From Azolla caroliniana (Eukaryota; Plantae; Polypodiophyta), in assembly GCA_043228905.1 (NCBI GenBank), contig JBHGNT010000023.1, positions 248,001 through 312,000 on the forward strand: DNA of 64,000 nt. Direction: 5' to 3'. Position 1 is the first letter of the stretch, and each line of letters begins with the position of its first letter. A model generated the notes under the pieces. The model was not told the origin of the DNA. It ran no database searches and worked only from the letters and a program-made list of their open reading frames with translations. The position numbers were made by a program, and so were the translations under genes. This document shows positions 13,901 to 29,299 of this stretch, in pieces.

Positions 13901-16900
13901 CAGGTCGAGAGACATAAAGAAATTAGTAAATTAGAGGAGGGTGTTGACGAGAGCGCGTGAGTAAATTAAAATATTCATAGCTGGCTCGTGTGATCCCGGA
14001 TTTTTGTTTTCAAACATGCGAATCGAAGCTAACAACACTAGCTAGGATATGGAGTTAAAAAATCAAGATTTTGAAACTCAGGTCGAGAGACATGAAGAAA
14101 TTAGTAAATTAGGGGAGGGAGTTGACAAGAGGGCGTGAGTAAATTAAAATGTTCATAGGTGGCTCGTTTGATATCCGATTTTTGTGTTCAAACATGCGAA
14201 TCGAAGCTAACAACAGTAGCTAGGATATGGAATTAAAAAATCAAGATTTTGAAACTGAGGTCGAGAGATATAAAGAAATTAGTAAATTAGAGGAGGGAGT
14301 TGAGAAGAGCGCGTGAGTAAATTAAAATGTTCATAGCTGGATCGTGTGATATTGGATTTTTGTGTTCAAACATGCGAATCGAAGCTAACAACACTAGCTA
14401 GGATATGGAATTAAAAAATCAAGATTTTGAAACTTGGGTCGAGAGACATGAAGAAATTAGTAAATTAGAGGAGGGCGTTGAGAAGAGCGTGTGAGTAAAT
14501 TAAAATGATCATAGCTGGCTCGTGTTATATCGGATTTAAGTGTTCAAATATGCGAATCGAAGCTAACAACACTAGCTATGATATGGACCTAAAAAATCAA
14601 TATTTTGAAACTCAGGTCGAGAGACATGAAGAAATTAGTAAATTAGAGGAGGGTGTTGACAATAGCGCGTGAGTAAATTAAAATGTTCATAGCTGGCTAG
14701 TGTGATATCGGATTTTTGTGTTCAAGCATGCATATCGAAGCTAACAACACTAGCTAGGATATGGAATTAAAAAATCAAGATTTTGAAACTCAGGTCGAGA
14801 GATATGAAGAAATTAGTAAATTAGAGAAGGGAGTTGACAAGATCGCGTGAGTAAATTAAAATGTTCATAGCTGGATCGTGTGATATCGGATTTTAGTGTT
14901 CAAACATGCGAATCGAAGCTAACAACACTAGCTAGGATATGGAATTAAAAAATCAAGATTTTGAAACTTGGGTCGAGAGACATGAAGAAATTAGTAAATT
15001 AGGGAAGGGCGTTGACAAGAGGGCGTGAGTAAATGAAAATGTTCATACCTGGCTCGTGTGATCCTGGATTTTTGTGTTCAAAGATGCCAATCGAACCTAA
15101 CAAGACTAGCTATGATATGGAATTAAAAAATCAAGATTTTGAAACTCAGGTCAAGAGACATGAAGAAATTAGTAAATTAGAGGAGGGAGTTGAGAAGAGC
15201 GCGTGAGTAAATTAAAATGTTCATAGCTGGATCGTGTGATATCGGATTTTAGTGTTGAAACATGCGAATCGAAGCTAACAACACTAGCTTGGAATTAAAA
15301 AATCAAGATTTTGAAACTCAGGTCGAGAGACATAAAGAAATTAGTAAATTAGAGGAGGGTGTTGACGAGAGCGCGTGAGTAAATTAAAATGTTCATACCT
15401 GGCTGGTGTGATCCCGGGATTTTGTGTTCAAACATGCGAATCGAACCTAACAACACTAGCTCTGATATGGAATTAAAAAATCAATATTTTGAAACTCAGG
15501 TCGAGAGACATGAAGAAATTAGTAAATTAGAGGAGGGTGTTGACGAGAGCGCGAGAGTAAATTAAAATGTTCATACCTGGCTCGTGTGATCCCGGATTTT
15601 TGCGTTCAGAGATGCCAATCGAAGCTAACAACACTAGCTTTAATATGGAATTAAAAAATCAAGATTTTGAAACTTAGGTTGAGAGACATGAAGAAATTAG
15701 TAAATTAGTGGAGGGAGTTGAGAAGAGCGCGTGAGTAAATTAAAATGTTCATACCTGGCTCGTGTGATATTGGATTTTAGTGTTCAAACATGCGAATCTA
15801 CGCTAACAACACTACGTATAATATAGAATTAAAGAATCAAGATTTTAAAACTCAGGTCGAGAGACATGAAGAAATTAGTAAATTACAGGAGGGAGTTGAG
15901 AAGAGCGCGTGAGTAAATTAAAATGTTCATAGCTGGATCGTGTGATATCGGATTTTTGTGTTCAGAGATGCGAATCGAAGCTACTAACACCAGCTATGAT
16001 ATGGATTTAAAAAATCAAGATTTTGAAACTCAGGTCGAGAGACATGAAGAAATTAGTAAATTAGGGGAGGGAGTTGACAAGAGGGCGTGAGTAAATGAAA
16101 ATGTTCATACCTGGCTCGTGTGATATCGGATTTTTGTGTTCAGAGATGCGAATCGAAGCTAACAACACTAGCTATAATATGGAATTAAAAAATCAAGATT
16201 TTGAAACTTGGGTCGAGAGACATGAAGAAATTAGTAAATTAGAGGAGGGTGTTGACGAGAGCGCGTGAGTAAATTAAAATGTTCATAGCTGGCTCGTGTG
16301 ATATCGGATTTTAGTGTTGAAACATGGGAATCGAAGCTAACAACACTAGCTATGATATGGAATTAAAAAATCAAGATTTTGAAACTTGGGTCCAAAGACA
16401 TGAAGAAATTAGTAAATTAGAGAAGGGATCAAAGAAGAGCGCATGAGTAAATTAAAATGTTCATAGCTGGCTCGTGTGATATCGGATTTTAGTGTTGAAA
16501 CATGCGAAACGAAGATAACAACACTAGCTATAATATGGAATTAAAAAATCAAGATTTTGAAACTTGGGTCGAGGACCGGAAGAAACTAGTAAATTAGATG
16601 AGGGTGTTGACGAGAGCGCGTGAGTAAATTAAAATGTTCATACCTGGCTCGTCTGATCCCGGATTTTTGTGTTCAAGCATGCGAATCGAACCTAACAACA
16701 CTAGCTAGGATATGGAATTAAAAAATAAAGATTTTGAAACTTAGGTCTAGAGATATGAAGAAATTAGTAAATTATAGGAGGGAGTTGACAAGAGCGCGTG
16801 AGTAAATTAAAATGTTCATAGCTGGATCGTGTGATATCGGATTTTTGTGTTCAGAGATGCGAATCGAAGCTAACAACACTAGCTATGATATGGAATTAAA

Positions 16901-17300
16901 AAATCAATATTTTGAAACTTGGGTCGAGAGACATGAAGAAATTAGTAAATTAGGGGAGGGAGTTGAGAAGAGCGCGTGAGTAAATTAAAATGTTCATAGC
17001 TGGCTCGTGTCATATCGGATTTTAGTGTTCAAACATGCGAATCGAAGCTAGCAACACTAGCTACGATATGGAATTAAAAAAGAAAGATTTTGAAACTCAG
17101 GTCGAGAGACATGAAGAAATTAGTAAATTAGGGGAGGGAGTTGATAAGAGCGCGTAAGTAAATTAAAATGTTCATACCTGGCTCGTGTGATCCCTGGATT
17201 TTGTGTTCAAAGATGCGAATCAAAGCTAACAACACTAGCTATGATATGGAATTAAAAAATCAAGATTTTGAAACTCAGGTCGAGAGACATGAAGAAATTA
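3450..17300 (+). repeat. Near-identical tandem duplication of a 6908-bp (39-monomer) block
   Basis: Rare variants recur at an exact 6908 offset: gacaat 3505/10413, tagtcttc 3741/10649, the 27-bp duplication 4961/11869, tccctgg 10283/17191. 39x178 minus net indels (+27, -48, -6, -6, -1) = 6908. Confidence 0.92.
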
Positions 17301-20300
17301 GTAAATTAGGGGAGGGAGTTGAGAAGAGCGCGTGAGTAAATTAAAATGTTCATACCTGGCTCGTGTGATATTGGATTTTAGTGTTCAAAGATACGAATCG
17401 AAGCTAACAACACTAGCTATGATATGGAATTAAAAAATCAAGATTTTGAAACTCAGGTCGAGAGACATGAAGAAATTAGTAAATTAGGGGAGGGAGTTGA
17501 GAAGAGCGCGTGAGTAAATTAAAATGTTCATACCTGGCTCGTGTGATATTGGATTTTAGTGTTCAAAGATGCGAATCGAAGCTAACAACACTAGCTATGA
17601 TATGGAATTAAAAAATCAAGATTTTGAAACTCAGGTCGAGAGACATGAAGAAATTAGTAAATTACAGGAGGGGGTTGAGAAGAGCGCGTGAGTAAATTAA
17701 ACTGTTCATACCTGGCTCGTGTGATCCCGGAATTTTGTGTTCAAAGATGCGAATCGAAGCTAACAACACTAGCTATGATATGGAATTAAAAAATCAAGAT
17801 TTTGAAACTTGGGTCAAGAAACATGAAGAAATTAGTAAATTAGAGGAGGGAGCTAAGAAGAGCGCGTGAGTAAATTAAAATGTTCAGAGCTGGCTCGTGT
17901 GATATCGGATTTTAGTGTTCAAACATGCGAATCGAAGCTAACAACACTAGCTCGGATATGGAATTAGAAAATGAAGATTTTGAAACTCAGGTCGAGAGAC
18001 ATGAAAAAATTACTAAATTAGGGGAGGGAGTTGATAAGAGCGCGTGAGTAAATTAAAATATTCATACCTGGCTCGTGTGATATCGGATTTTAGTGTTCAA
18101 ACATGCGAATCGAAGCTAACAACACTAGCTACGATATGGAATTAAAAAATCAAGATTTTGAAACTTGGGTCGAGAGACATGAAGAAATTAGTAAATTAGA
18201 GGAGGGTGTTGACGAGAGCGCGTGAGTAAATTAAAATGTTCATAGCTGGCTCGTGTGATATCAGATTTTAGTGTTCAAACATGCGAGTCGAAGCTAACAA
18301 CACTAGCTACGATATGGAATTAAAAAATCAAGATTTTGAAACTCAGGTCGACAGATATGAAGAAATTAGTAAATTAGACGAGGGAGTTGAGAAGAGCGCG
18401 TGAGTAAATTAAAAAGTTCATAGCTGGATCGTGTGATATTGGATTTTTGTGTTCAAACATGCGAATCGAAGCTAACAACACTAGCTAGGATATGGAATTA
18501 AAAAATCAAAATTTTGAAACTAAGGTCGAGAGATAGGAAGAAATTAGTAAATTAGCGGAGGGAGTTGAGAAGAGCGCGTGAGTAAATTAATATGTTCATA
18601 GCTGGCTCGTGTGATATCGGATTTTACTGTTCAAACATGCGAATCGAAGCTAACAACACTAGCTATGATATGGATTTAAAAAATCAAGATTTTGAAACTC
18701 AGGTCGACAGACATGAATAAATTAGTATATTAGAGGAGGGTGTTGATCAGAGCGGGTGAGTAAATTAAAATGTTCATAGCTTGCTCGTGTGATATCGGAT
18801 TTTAGTGTTCAAACATGCGAATCGAAGCTAACAACACTTGCTATGATATGGAATTAAAAAATCAAGATTTTGACACTTGGGCCAAGAGACATGAAGAAAT
18901 TAGTAAATTACAGGAGGGAGCTAGGAAGAGCGCGTGAGTAAATTAAAATGTTCATAGCTGGTTCGTGTGATCCCGGATTTTTGTGTTCAAAGATGCCAAT
19001 CGAAGCTAACAACACTAGCTACGATATGGAATTAAAAAATCAAGATTTTGAAACTCAGGTCGAGAGATATGAAGAAATTAGTAAATTAGCGGAGGGAGTT
19101 GAGAAGAGCGCGTGAGTAAATTAAAATGTTCATAGCTGGCTCCTGTGATCCCGGATTTTTGTGTTCAACCATGCGAATCGAAGCTAACAACACTAGCTAG
19201 GATATGGATTTAAAAAATCAAGATTTTGAAATTCAGGTCGAGAGATATGAAGAAATTAGTAAATTAGAGGAGGGAGTTGAGAAGAGCGTATGAGTAAATT
19301 AAAATGTTCATAGCTGGCTCGTGTGATATCGGATTTTAGTGTTCAAACATGCGAATCGAAGCTAACAACACTAGCTATGATATGAAATTAAAAAATCAAG
19401 ATTGTGAAACTCAGGTCGAGAGACATGAAGAAATTAGTAAATTAGGGGAGGGAGTTGACAAGAGCGCGAGAGTAAATTAAAATATTCATAGCTAGCTCGT
19501 GTGATCCCGGATTTTTGTGTTCAAAGATGCCAATCGAAGCTCACAACACTAGCTTTAATATGGAATTAAAAAATCAAGATTTTGACACTTGGGTCGAGAG
19601 ACATGAAGAAATTAGTAAATTAGAGGAGGGAGCTAAGAAGAGCGCGTGAGTAAATTAAAATGTTCATAGCTGGCTCGTGTGATATCGGATTTTAGTGTTC
19701 AAAAATGCGAATCGAAGCTAACAACACTAGCTAGGATATGGAATTAAAAAATCAGAATTTTCAAACTCAGGTCGAGAGATATAAAGAAATTAGTAAATTA
19801 GAGGAGGGAGTTGAGAAGAGCGCGTGAGTAAATTAAAATGTTCATAGTTGGCTCGTGTGATATCGGATTTTAGTGTTCAAACATGCGAATCGAAGCTAGC
19901 AACACTAGCTACGATATGGAATTAAAAAAGAAAGATTTTGAAACTCAGGTCGAGAGACATGAAGAAATTAGTAAATTAGGGGAGGGAGTTGATAAGAGCG
20001 CGTAAGTAAATTAAAATGTTCATACCTGGCTCGTGTGATCCCTGGATTTTGTGTTTAAAGATGCGAATCAAAGCTAACAACACTAGCTATGATATGGAAT
20101 TAAAAAATCAAGATTTTGAAACTCAGGTCGAGAGACATGAAGAAATTAGTAAATTAGGGGAGTGAGTTGAGAAGAGCGCGTGAGTAAATTAAAATGTTCA
20201 TAGCTGGCTCCTATGATATCGGATTTTTGTGTTCCAACATGCGAATCGAAGCTAACAACACTAGCTAGGATATGGAATTCAAAAATCAAGATTTTGAAAC

Positions 20301-20919
20301 TCAGGTCGACAGATATGAAGAAATTAGTAAATTAGAGGAGGGAGTTGAGAAGAGCGCGTGAGTAAATTAAAATGTTCATAGCTGGCTCGTGTTATATCGG
20401 AATTTTGTGTTCAAACATGCGAATCGAAGCTAACAACACTAGCTATGATATGGATTTAAAAAATCAAGATTTCGAAACTCAGGTCGACAGACATGAATAA
20501 ATTAGTATGTTAGAGGAGGGTGTTGACAAGAGCGCATGAGTAAATTAAAATGTTCATACCTGGCTCGTGTGATATCGGATTTTTGTTTTCAAACATGCGA
20601 ATCGAAGCTAACAACACTAGCTAGGATAAGGAATTCAAAAATCAAGATTTTGAAACTCAGGTCGACAGATATGAAGAAATTAGTAAATTAGAGGAGGGAG
20701 TTGAGAAGAGCGCATGAGTAAATTAAAATGTTCATAGCTGGATCGTGTGATATCGGATTTTAGTGTTCAAACATGCGAATCGAAGCTAACAACACTAGCT
20801 ACCAAATGGAATTAAAAAATCAACATCTTGAAACTTGGGTCGAGAGACATGAAGAAATTAGTAAATTAGAGAAGGGTGTTGACGAGAGCGCGTGAGTAAA
20901 TTAAAATGTTCATAGCTGG

Positions 20920-23900
20920 CTCCTGTGATATCGGATTTTTGTGTTCCAACATGCGAATCAAAGCTAACAACACTAGCTAGGATATGGAATTCAAAAATCA
21001 AGATTTTGAAACTCAGGTCGACAGATATGAAGAAATTAGTAAATTAGAGGAGGGAGTTGAGAAGAGCGCGTGAGTAAATTAAAATGTTCATAGCTGGCTC
21101 GTGTGATATCGGAATTTTGTGTTCAAACATGCGAATCGAAGCTAACAACACTAGCTATGATATGGATTTAAAAAATCAAGATTTCGAAACTCAGGTCGAC
21201 AGACATGAATAAATTAGTATGTTAGAGGAGGGTGTTGATAAGAGCGGGTGAGTAAATTAAAATGTTCATAGCTGGCTCGTGTGATATCGGATTTTAGTGT
21301 TCAAACATACGAATCGAGGCTAACAACACTTGCTATGATATGGAATTAAAACATCAAGATTTTGACACTTGGGCCGAGAGACATGAAGAAATTAGTAAAT
21401 TAGAGGAGGGAGCTAGGAAGAGCGCGTGAGTAAATTAAAATGTTCATAGCTGGCTCGTGTGATATCGGAATTTTGTGTTCAAACATACGAATCGAAGCTA
21501 ACAACACTAGCTATGATATGGATTTAAAAAATCAAGATTTTGAAACTCAGGTCGAGAGACATGAAGATATTAGTAAATTAGAGGTGACGAGAGCGCGTGA
21601 GTAAATTAAAATGTTCATACCTGGCTCGTGTGATATCCTATTTTTGTGTTCAAAGATGCCAATGGAAGCTCACAACACTAGCTAGGATATGGAATTCAAA
21701 CATCAAGATTTTGAAACTCAGGTCGACAGATATGAAGAAATTAGTAAATTAGAGGAGGGAGTTGAGAAGAGCGCTTGAGTAAATTAAAATGTTCATAGCT
21801 GGATCGTGTGATATCGGATATTAGTGTTCAAGCATGCGAATCGAAGCTAACAACACTAGCTATGATATGGAATTAAAACATCAAGATTTTGAAACTCAGG
21901 TCGAGAAACATGAAGAAATTAGTAAATTAGAGGAGGGAGCTAAGAAGAGCGCGTGAGTAAATTAAAATGTTCATACCTGGCTGGTGTGATCCCGGATTTT
22001 TGTGTTCAAAGATGCCCATCGAAGCTAACAACACTAGCTAGGATATGGAATTAAAAAATCAAGATTTTGAAACTCAGGTCCAGAGACATGAAGAAGTTAG
22101 TAAATTAGGGGAGGGAGTTGACAAGAGCGCGAGAGTAAATAAAAATGTTCATACCTGGCTCGTGTGATCCCGGATTTTTGTCTTCAAACATGGGAATCGA
22201 AGCTAACAACAGTAGCTAGGATATGGAATTAAAAAATCAAGATTTTGAAACTCAGGTCTACAGATATGAAGAAATTAGTAAATTAGAGGAGGGAGTTGAG
22301 AAGAGCGTGTGAGTAAATTAAAATGTTCATAGCTGGCTCGTGTGATATCGGATGTTTGTGTTCAAAGATGCGAATCGAAGCTAACAACACTAGGTATAAT
22401 ATGGAATTAAAAAATCAAGATTTTGAAACTTGGGTCGAGAGACATGGAGAAATTAGTATATTAGGGGAGGGAGTTGAGAAGAGCGCGTGAGTAAATTAAA
22501 ATGTTCATAGCTGGCTCGTGTGATCCCGGATTTTTGTGTTCAACCATGCGAATCGAAGCTAACAACACTAGCTAGGATATGGATTTAAAAAATCAAGATT
22601 TTGAAATTCAGGTCGACAGATATGAAGAAATTAGTAAATTAGAGGAGGGAGTTGAGAAGAGCATATGAGTAAATTAAAATGTTCATAGCTGGCTCGTGTG
22701 ATATCGGATTTTTGTGTTCCAACATGCGAATCAAAGCTAACAACACTAGCTATCGGATTTTGAAACTCAGGTCGAGAGACATGAAGAAATTAGTAAATTA
22801 GAGGAGGGAGCTAAGAAGAGCGCGTGAGTAAATTAAAATGTTCATACCTGGCTCGTGTGATCCCGGATTTTTGTGTTCAAAGATGCCCATCGAAGCTAAC
22901 AACACTAGCTAGGATATGGAATTAAAAAATCAAGATTTTGAAACTCAGGTCCAGAGACATGAAGAAGTTAGTAAATTAGGGGAGGGAGTTGACAAGAGCG
23001 CGAGAGTAAATAAAAATGTTCATACCTGGCTCGTGTGATCCCGGATTTTTGTCTTCAAACATGGGAATCGAAGCTAACAACAGTAGCTAGGATATGGAAT
23101 TAAAAAATCAAGATTTTGAAACTCAGGTCTACAGATATGAAGAAATTAGTAAATTAGAGGAGGGAGTTGAGAAGAGCATATGAGTAAATTAAAATGTTCA
23201 TAGCTGGCTCGTGTGATATCGGATGTTTGTGTTCAAAGATGCGAATCGAAGCTAACAACACTAGGTATAATATGGAATTAAAAAATCAAGATTTTGAAAC
23301 TTGGGTCGAGAGACATGGAGAAATTAGTATATTAGGGGAGGGAGTTGAGAAGAGCGCGTGAGTAAATTAAAATGTTCATAGCTGGCTCGTGTGATCCCGG
23401 ATTTTTGTGTTCAACCATGCGAATCGAAGCTAACAACACTAGCTAGGATATGGATTTAAAAAATCAAGATTTTGAAATTCAGGTCGACAGATATGAAGAA
23501 ATTAGTAAATTAGAGGAGGGAGTTGAGAAGAGCATATGAGTAAATTAAAATGTTCATAGCTGGCTCCTGTGATATCGGATTTTTGTGTTCCAACATGCGA
23601 ATCAAAGCTAACAACACTAGCTAGGATATGGAATTCAAAAATCAAGATTTTGAAACTCAGGTCGACAGATATGAAGAAATTAGTAAATTAGAGGAGGGAG
23701 TTGAGAAGAGCGCGTGAGTAAATTAAAATGTTCATAGCTGGCTCGTGTGATATCGGAATTTTGTGTTCAAACATGCGAATCGAAGCTAACAACACTAGCT
23801 ATGATATGGATTTAAAAAATCAAGATTTCGAAACTCAGGTCGACAGACATGAATAAATTAGTATGTTAGAGGAGGGTGTTGATAAGAGCGGGTGAGTAAA

Positions 23901-24520
23901 TTAAAATGTTCATAGCTGGCTCGTGTGATATCGGATTTTAGTGTTCAAACATACGAATCGAAGCTAACAACACTTGCTATGATATGGAATTAAAACATCA
24001 AGATTTTGACACTTGGGCCGAGAGACATGAAGAAATTAGTAAATTAGAGGAGGGAGCTAGGAAGAGCGCGTGAGTAAATTAAAATGTTCATAGCTGGCTC
24101 GTGTGATATCGGAATTTTGTGTTCAAACATACGAATCGAAGCTAACAACACTAGCTATGATATGGAATTAAAAAATCAAGATTTTGAAACTCAGGTCGAG
24201 AGACATGAAGATATTAGTAAATTAGAGGTGACGAGAGCGCGTGAGTAAATTAAAATGTTCATACCTGGCTCGTGTGATATCCTATTTTTGTGTTCAAAGA
24301 TGCCAATGGAAGCTCACAACACTAGCTAGGATATGGAATTCAAACATCAAGATTTTGAAACTCAGGTCGACAGATATGAAGAAATTAGTAAATTAGAGGA
24401 GGGAGTTGAGAAGAGCGCTTGAGTAAATTAAAATGTTCATAGCTGGATCGTGTGATATCGGATTTTAGTGTTCAAGCATGCGAATCGAAGCTAACAACAC
24501 TAGCTATGATATGGAATTAA
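20920..24520 (+). repeat. Duplicated satellite block at 2644-bp (15-monomer) offset
   Basis: The 7-bp-deletion monomer gaggtgacgag occurs at 21581 and 24225, with shared flanking variants (gatatcctattt, ccaatggaagctcac). 15x178 - 7 - 19 = 2644. Only part of the interval is duplicated. Confidence 0.8.
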
Positions 24521-27500
24521 AAAATCAAGAGTTTGAAACTCAGGTCGAGAGACATGAAGAAATTAGTATATTAGAGGAGGGTGTTGATAAGAGCGCGTGA
24601 GTAAATTAAAATGTTCATACCTGGCTCCTGTGATCCCGGATTTTTGTGTTCAAAGATGCCAATCGAAGCTAACAACACTAGCTACGATATGGAATTAAAA
24701 AATCAAGAATTTGAAACTCAGGTCGAGAGACATGAAGAAATTAGTAAATTAGAGGAGGGTGTTGACGAGAGCGCGTGAGTAAATTAAAATGTTCATACGT
24801 GGCTCGTGTGATATCGGATTTTAGTGTTCAAACATGCGAATCGAAGCTAACAATACTAGCTACGATATGAAATTAAAAAATCAAGATTTTGAAACTCAGG
24901 TCGAGAGACATGAAGAAATTAGTAAATTAGAGGAGGGTGTTGACGAGAGCGCGTGAGTAAATTAAAATGTTCATACCTGGCTCGTGTGATATCGGATTTT
25001 AGTGTTCAAACATGCGAATCAAAGCTAACAACACTAGCTACGATATGGAATTAAAAAAGAAAGATTTTGAAACTCAGGTCGAGAGACATGAAGAAATTAG
25101 TAAATTAGGGGAGGGAGTTGACAAGAGCGCGAGAGTAAATTAAAATGTTCATACCTGGCTCGTGTGATATCGGATTTTAGTGTTCAAAGATGCGAATCGA
25201 AGCTAACAACACTAGCTATAATATGGAATTAAAAAATCAAGATTTTGAAACTTAGGTCGAGAGACAAGAAGAAATTAGTAAATTACAGGAGGGGGTTGAG
25301 AAGAGCGCGTGAGTAAATTAAACTGTTTATACCTGGCTCGTGTAATCCCGAAATTTTGTGTTTAAAGATGCGAATCGAAGCTAACAACACGAGCTATGAT
25401 ATGGAATTAAAAAATCAAGATTTTGAAACTTGGGTCGAGAGACATGAAGAAATTAGTAAATTAGAGGAGGGAGCTAAGAAGAGCGTGTGAGTAAATTAAA
25501 ATGTTCATAGCTGGCTCGTGTGATATCGGATTTTAGTGTTCAAAAATGCGAATCGAAGCTAACAACACTAGCTAGGATATGGAATTAAAAAATCAGCATT
25601 TTCAAACTCAGGTCGAGAGATATAAAGAAATTAGTAAATTAGGGGAGGGAGTTGAGAAGAGCGCGTGAGTAAATTAAAATGTTCATAGTTGGCTCGTGTG
25701 ATATCGGATTTTAGTGTTCAAACATGCGAATCGAAGCTAGCAACACTAGCTACGATATGGAATTAAAAAAACAAGATTTTGAAACTCAGGTCGAGAGATA
25801 TGAAGAAATTAGTAAATTAGAGGAGGGAGTTGAGAAGAGCGCATGAGTAAATTAAAATGTTCATAGCTGGATCGTGTGATATCGGATTTTAGTGTTCAAA
25901 CATGCGAATCGAAGCTACCAACACTAGCTATGATATGGAATTAAAACATCAAGATTTTGAAACTCAGGTCGAGAGACATGAAGAAATTAGTAAATTAGAG
26001 GAGGGAGCTAAGAAGAGCGCGTGAGTAAATTAAAATGTTCATACCTGGCTCGTGTGATCCCGGATTTTTGTGTTCAAAGATGCCCATCGAAGCTAACAAC
26101 ACTAGCTAGGATATGGAATTAAAAAATCAAGATTTTGAAACTCAGGTCCAGAGACATGAAGAAGTTAGTAAATTAGGGGAGGGAGTTGACAAGAGCGCGA
26201 GAGTAAATAAAAATGTTCATACCTGGCTCGTGTGATCCCGGATTTTTGTCTTCAAACATGGGAATCGAAGCTAACAACAGTAGCTAGGATATGGAATTAA
26301 AAAATCAAGATTTTGAAACTCAGGTCTACAGATATGAAGAAATTAGTAAATTAGAGGAGGGAGTTGAGAAGAGCGTGTGAGTAAATTAAAATGTTCATAG
26401 CTGGCTCGTGTGATATCGGATGTTTGTGTTCAAAGATGCGAATCGAAGCTAACAACACTAGGTATAATATGGAATTAAAAAATCAAGATTTTGAAACTTG
26501 GGTCGAGAGACATGGAGAAATTAGTATATTAGGGGAGGGAGTTGAGAAGAGCGCGTGAGTAAATTAAAATGTTCATAGCTGGCTCGTGTGATCCCGGATT
26601 TTTGTGTTCAACCATGCGAATCGAAGCTAACAACACTAGCTAGGATATGGATTTAAAAAATCAAGATTTTGAAATTCAGGTCGAGAGATATGAAGAAATT
26701 AGTAAATTAGAGGAGGGAGTTGAGAAGAGCGTATGAGTAAATTAAAATGTTCATAGCTGGCTCGTGTGATATCGGATTTTTGTGTTCAAACATGCGAATC
26801 GAAGCTAACAACACTAGCTATGATATGAAATTAAAAAATCAAGATTTTGAAACTCAGGTCGAGAGACATGAAGAAATTAGTAAATTAGGGGAGGGAGTTG
26901 ACAAGAGCGCGAGAGTAAATTAAAATATTCATAGCTAGCTCGTGTGATCCCGGATTTTTGTGTTCAACCATGCGAATCGAAGCTAACAACACTAGCTAGG
27001 ATATGGAATTAAAAAAACAAGATTTTGAAACTCAGGTCGAGAGATATGAAGAAATTAGTAAATTAGAGGAGGGAGTTGAGAAGAGCGCATGAGTAAATTA
27101 AAATGTTCATAGCTGGATCGTGTGATATCGGATTTTAGTGTTCAAACATGCGAATCGAAGCTACCAACACTAGCTATGATATGGAATTAAAACATCAAGA
27201 TTTTGAAACTCAGGTCGAGAGACATGAAGAAATTAGTAAATTAGAGGAGGGAGCTAAGAAGAGCGCGTGAGTAAATTAAAATGTTCATACCTGGCTGGTG
27301 TGATCCCAGATTTTAGTGTTCAAAGATGCCCATCGAAGCTAACAACACTAGCTAGGATATGGAATTAAAAAATCAAGATTTTGAAACTCAGGTCCAGAGA
27401 CATGAAGAAGTTAGTAAATTAGGGGAGGGAGTTGACAAGAGCGCGAGAGTAAATAAAAATGTTCATACCTGGCTCGTGTGATTCCGGATTTTTGTCTTCA

Positions 27501-29299
27501 AACATGGGAATCGAAGCTAACAACAGTAGCTAGGATATGGAATTAAAAAATCAAGATTTTGAAACTCAGGTCTACAGATATGAAGAAATTAGTAAATTAG
27601 AGGAGGGAGTTGAGAAGAGCGTGTGAGTAAATTAAAATGTTCATAGCTGGCTCGTGTGATATCGGATGTTTGCGTTCAAAGATGCGAATCGAAGCTAACA
27701 ACACTAGGTATAATATGGAATTAAAAAATCAAGATTTTGAAACTTGGGTCGAGAGACATGGAGAAATTAGTATATTAGGGGAGGGAGTTGAGAAGAGCGC
27801 GTGAGTAAATTAAAATGTTCATAGCTGGCTCGTGTGATCCCGGATTTTTGTGTTCAACCATGCGAATCGAAGCTAACAACACTAGCTAGGATATGGATTT
27901 AAAAAATCAAGATTTTGAAATTCAGGTCGACAGATATGAAGAAATTAGTAAATTAGAGGAGGGAGTTGAGAAGAGCATCTGAGTAAATTAAAATGTTCAT
28001 AGCTGGCTCGTGTGATATCGGATTTTAGTGTTCAAACATGCGAATCGAAGCTAACAACACTAGCTATGATATGAAATTAAAAAATCAAGATTTTGACACT
28101 CAGGTCGAGAGACATGAAGAAATTAGTAAATTAGGGGAGGGAGTTGACAAGAGCGCGAGAGTAAATTAAAATATTCATAGCTAGCTCGTGTGATCCCGGA
28201 TTTTTGTGTTCAACCATGCGAATCGAAGCTAACAACACTAGCTAGGATATGGAATTAAAAAAACAAGATTTTGAAACTCAGGTCGAGAGATATGAAGAAA
28301 TTAGTAAATTAGAGGAGGGAGTTGAGAAGAGCGCATGAGTAAATTAAAATGTTCATAGCTGGATCGTGTGATATCGGATTTTAGTGTTCAAACATGCGAA
28401 TCGAATCTACCAACACTAGCTATGATATGGAATTAAAACATCAAGATTTTGAAACTCAGGTCGAGAGACATGAAGAAATTAGTAAATTAGAGGAGGGAGC
28501 TAAGAAGACCGCGTGAGTAAATTAAAATGTTCATACCTGGCTCGTGTGATCCCGGATTTTTGTGTTCAAAGATGCCCATCGAAGCTAACAACACTAGCTA
28601 GGATATGGAATTAAAAAATCAAGATTTTGAAATTCAGGTCGAGAGATATGAAGAAATTAGTAAATTAGAGGAGGGAGTTGAGAAGAGCGTATGAGTAAAT
28701 TAAAATGTTCATAGCTGGCTCGTGTGATATCGGATTTTAGTGTTCAAACATGCGAATCGAAGCTACCAACACTAGCTATGATATGGAATTAAAACATCAA
28801 GATTTTGAAACTCAGGTCGAGAGACATGAAGAAATTAGTAAATTAGAGGAGGGAGCTAAGAAGACCGCGTGAGTAAATTAAAATGTTCATACCTGGCTCG
28901 TGTGATCCCGGATTTTTGTGTTCAAAGATGCCCATCGAAGCTAACAACACTAGCTAGGATATGGAATTAAAAAATCAAGATTTTGAAACTTGGGTCGATA
29001 GACATGAAGAAATTAGTAACTTAGAGGAGGGAGTTGAGAAGAGCGCATGAGTAAATTAAAATGTTCATAGCTGGCTCGTGTGATATCGGATTTTAGTGTT
29101 CAAACATGCGAATCGAAGCTAACAACAGTAGCTACGATATGGAATTAAAAAATCAAGATTTTGAAACTTGGGTCGAGAGACATGAAGAAATTAGTAAATT
29201 AGAGGAGGGTGTTGACAAGAGCGCGTGAGTAAATTAAAATGTTCATACCTGGCTCGTGTGATCCCGGATTTTTGTGTTCAAAGATGCCCATCGAAGCTA

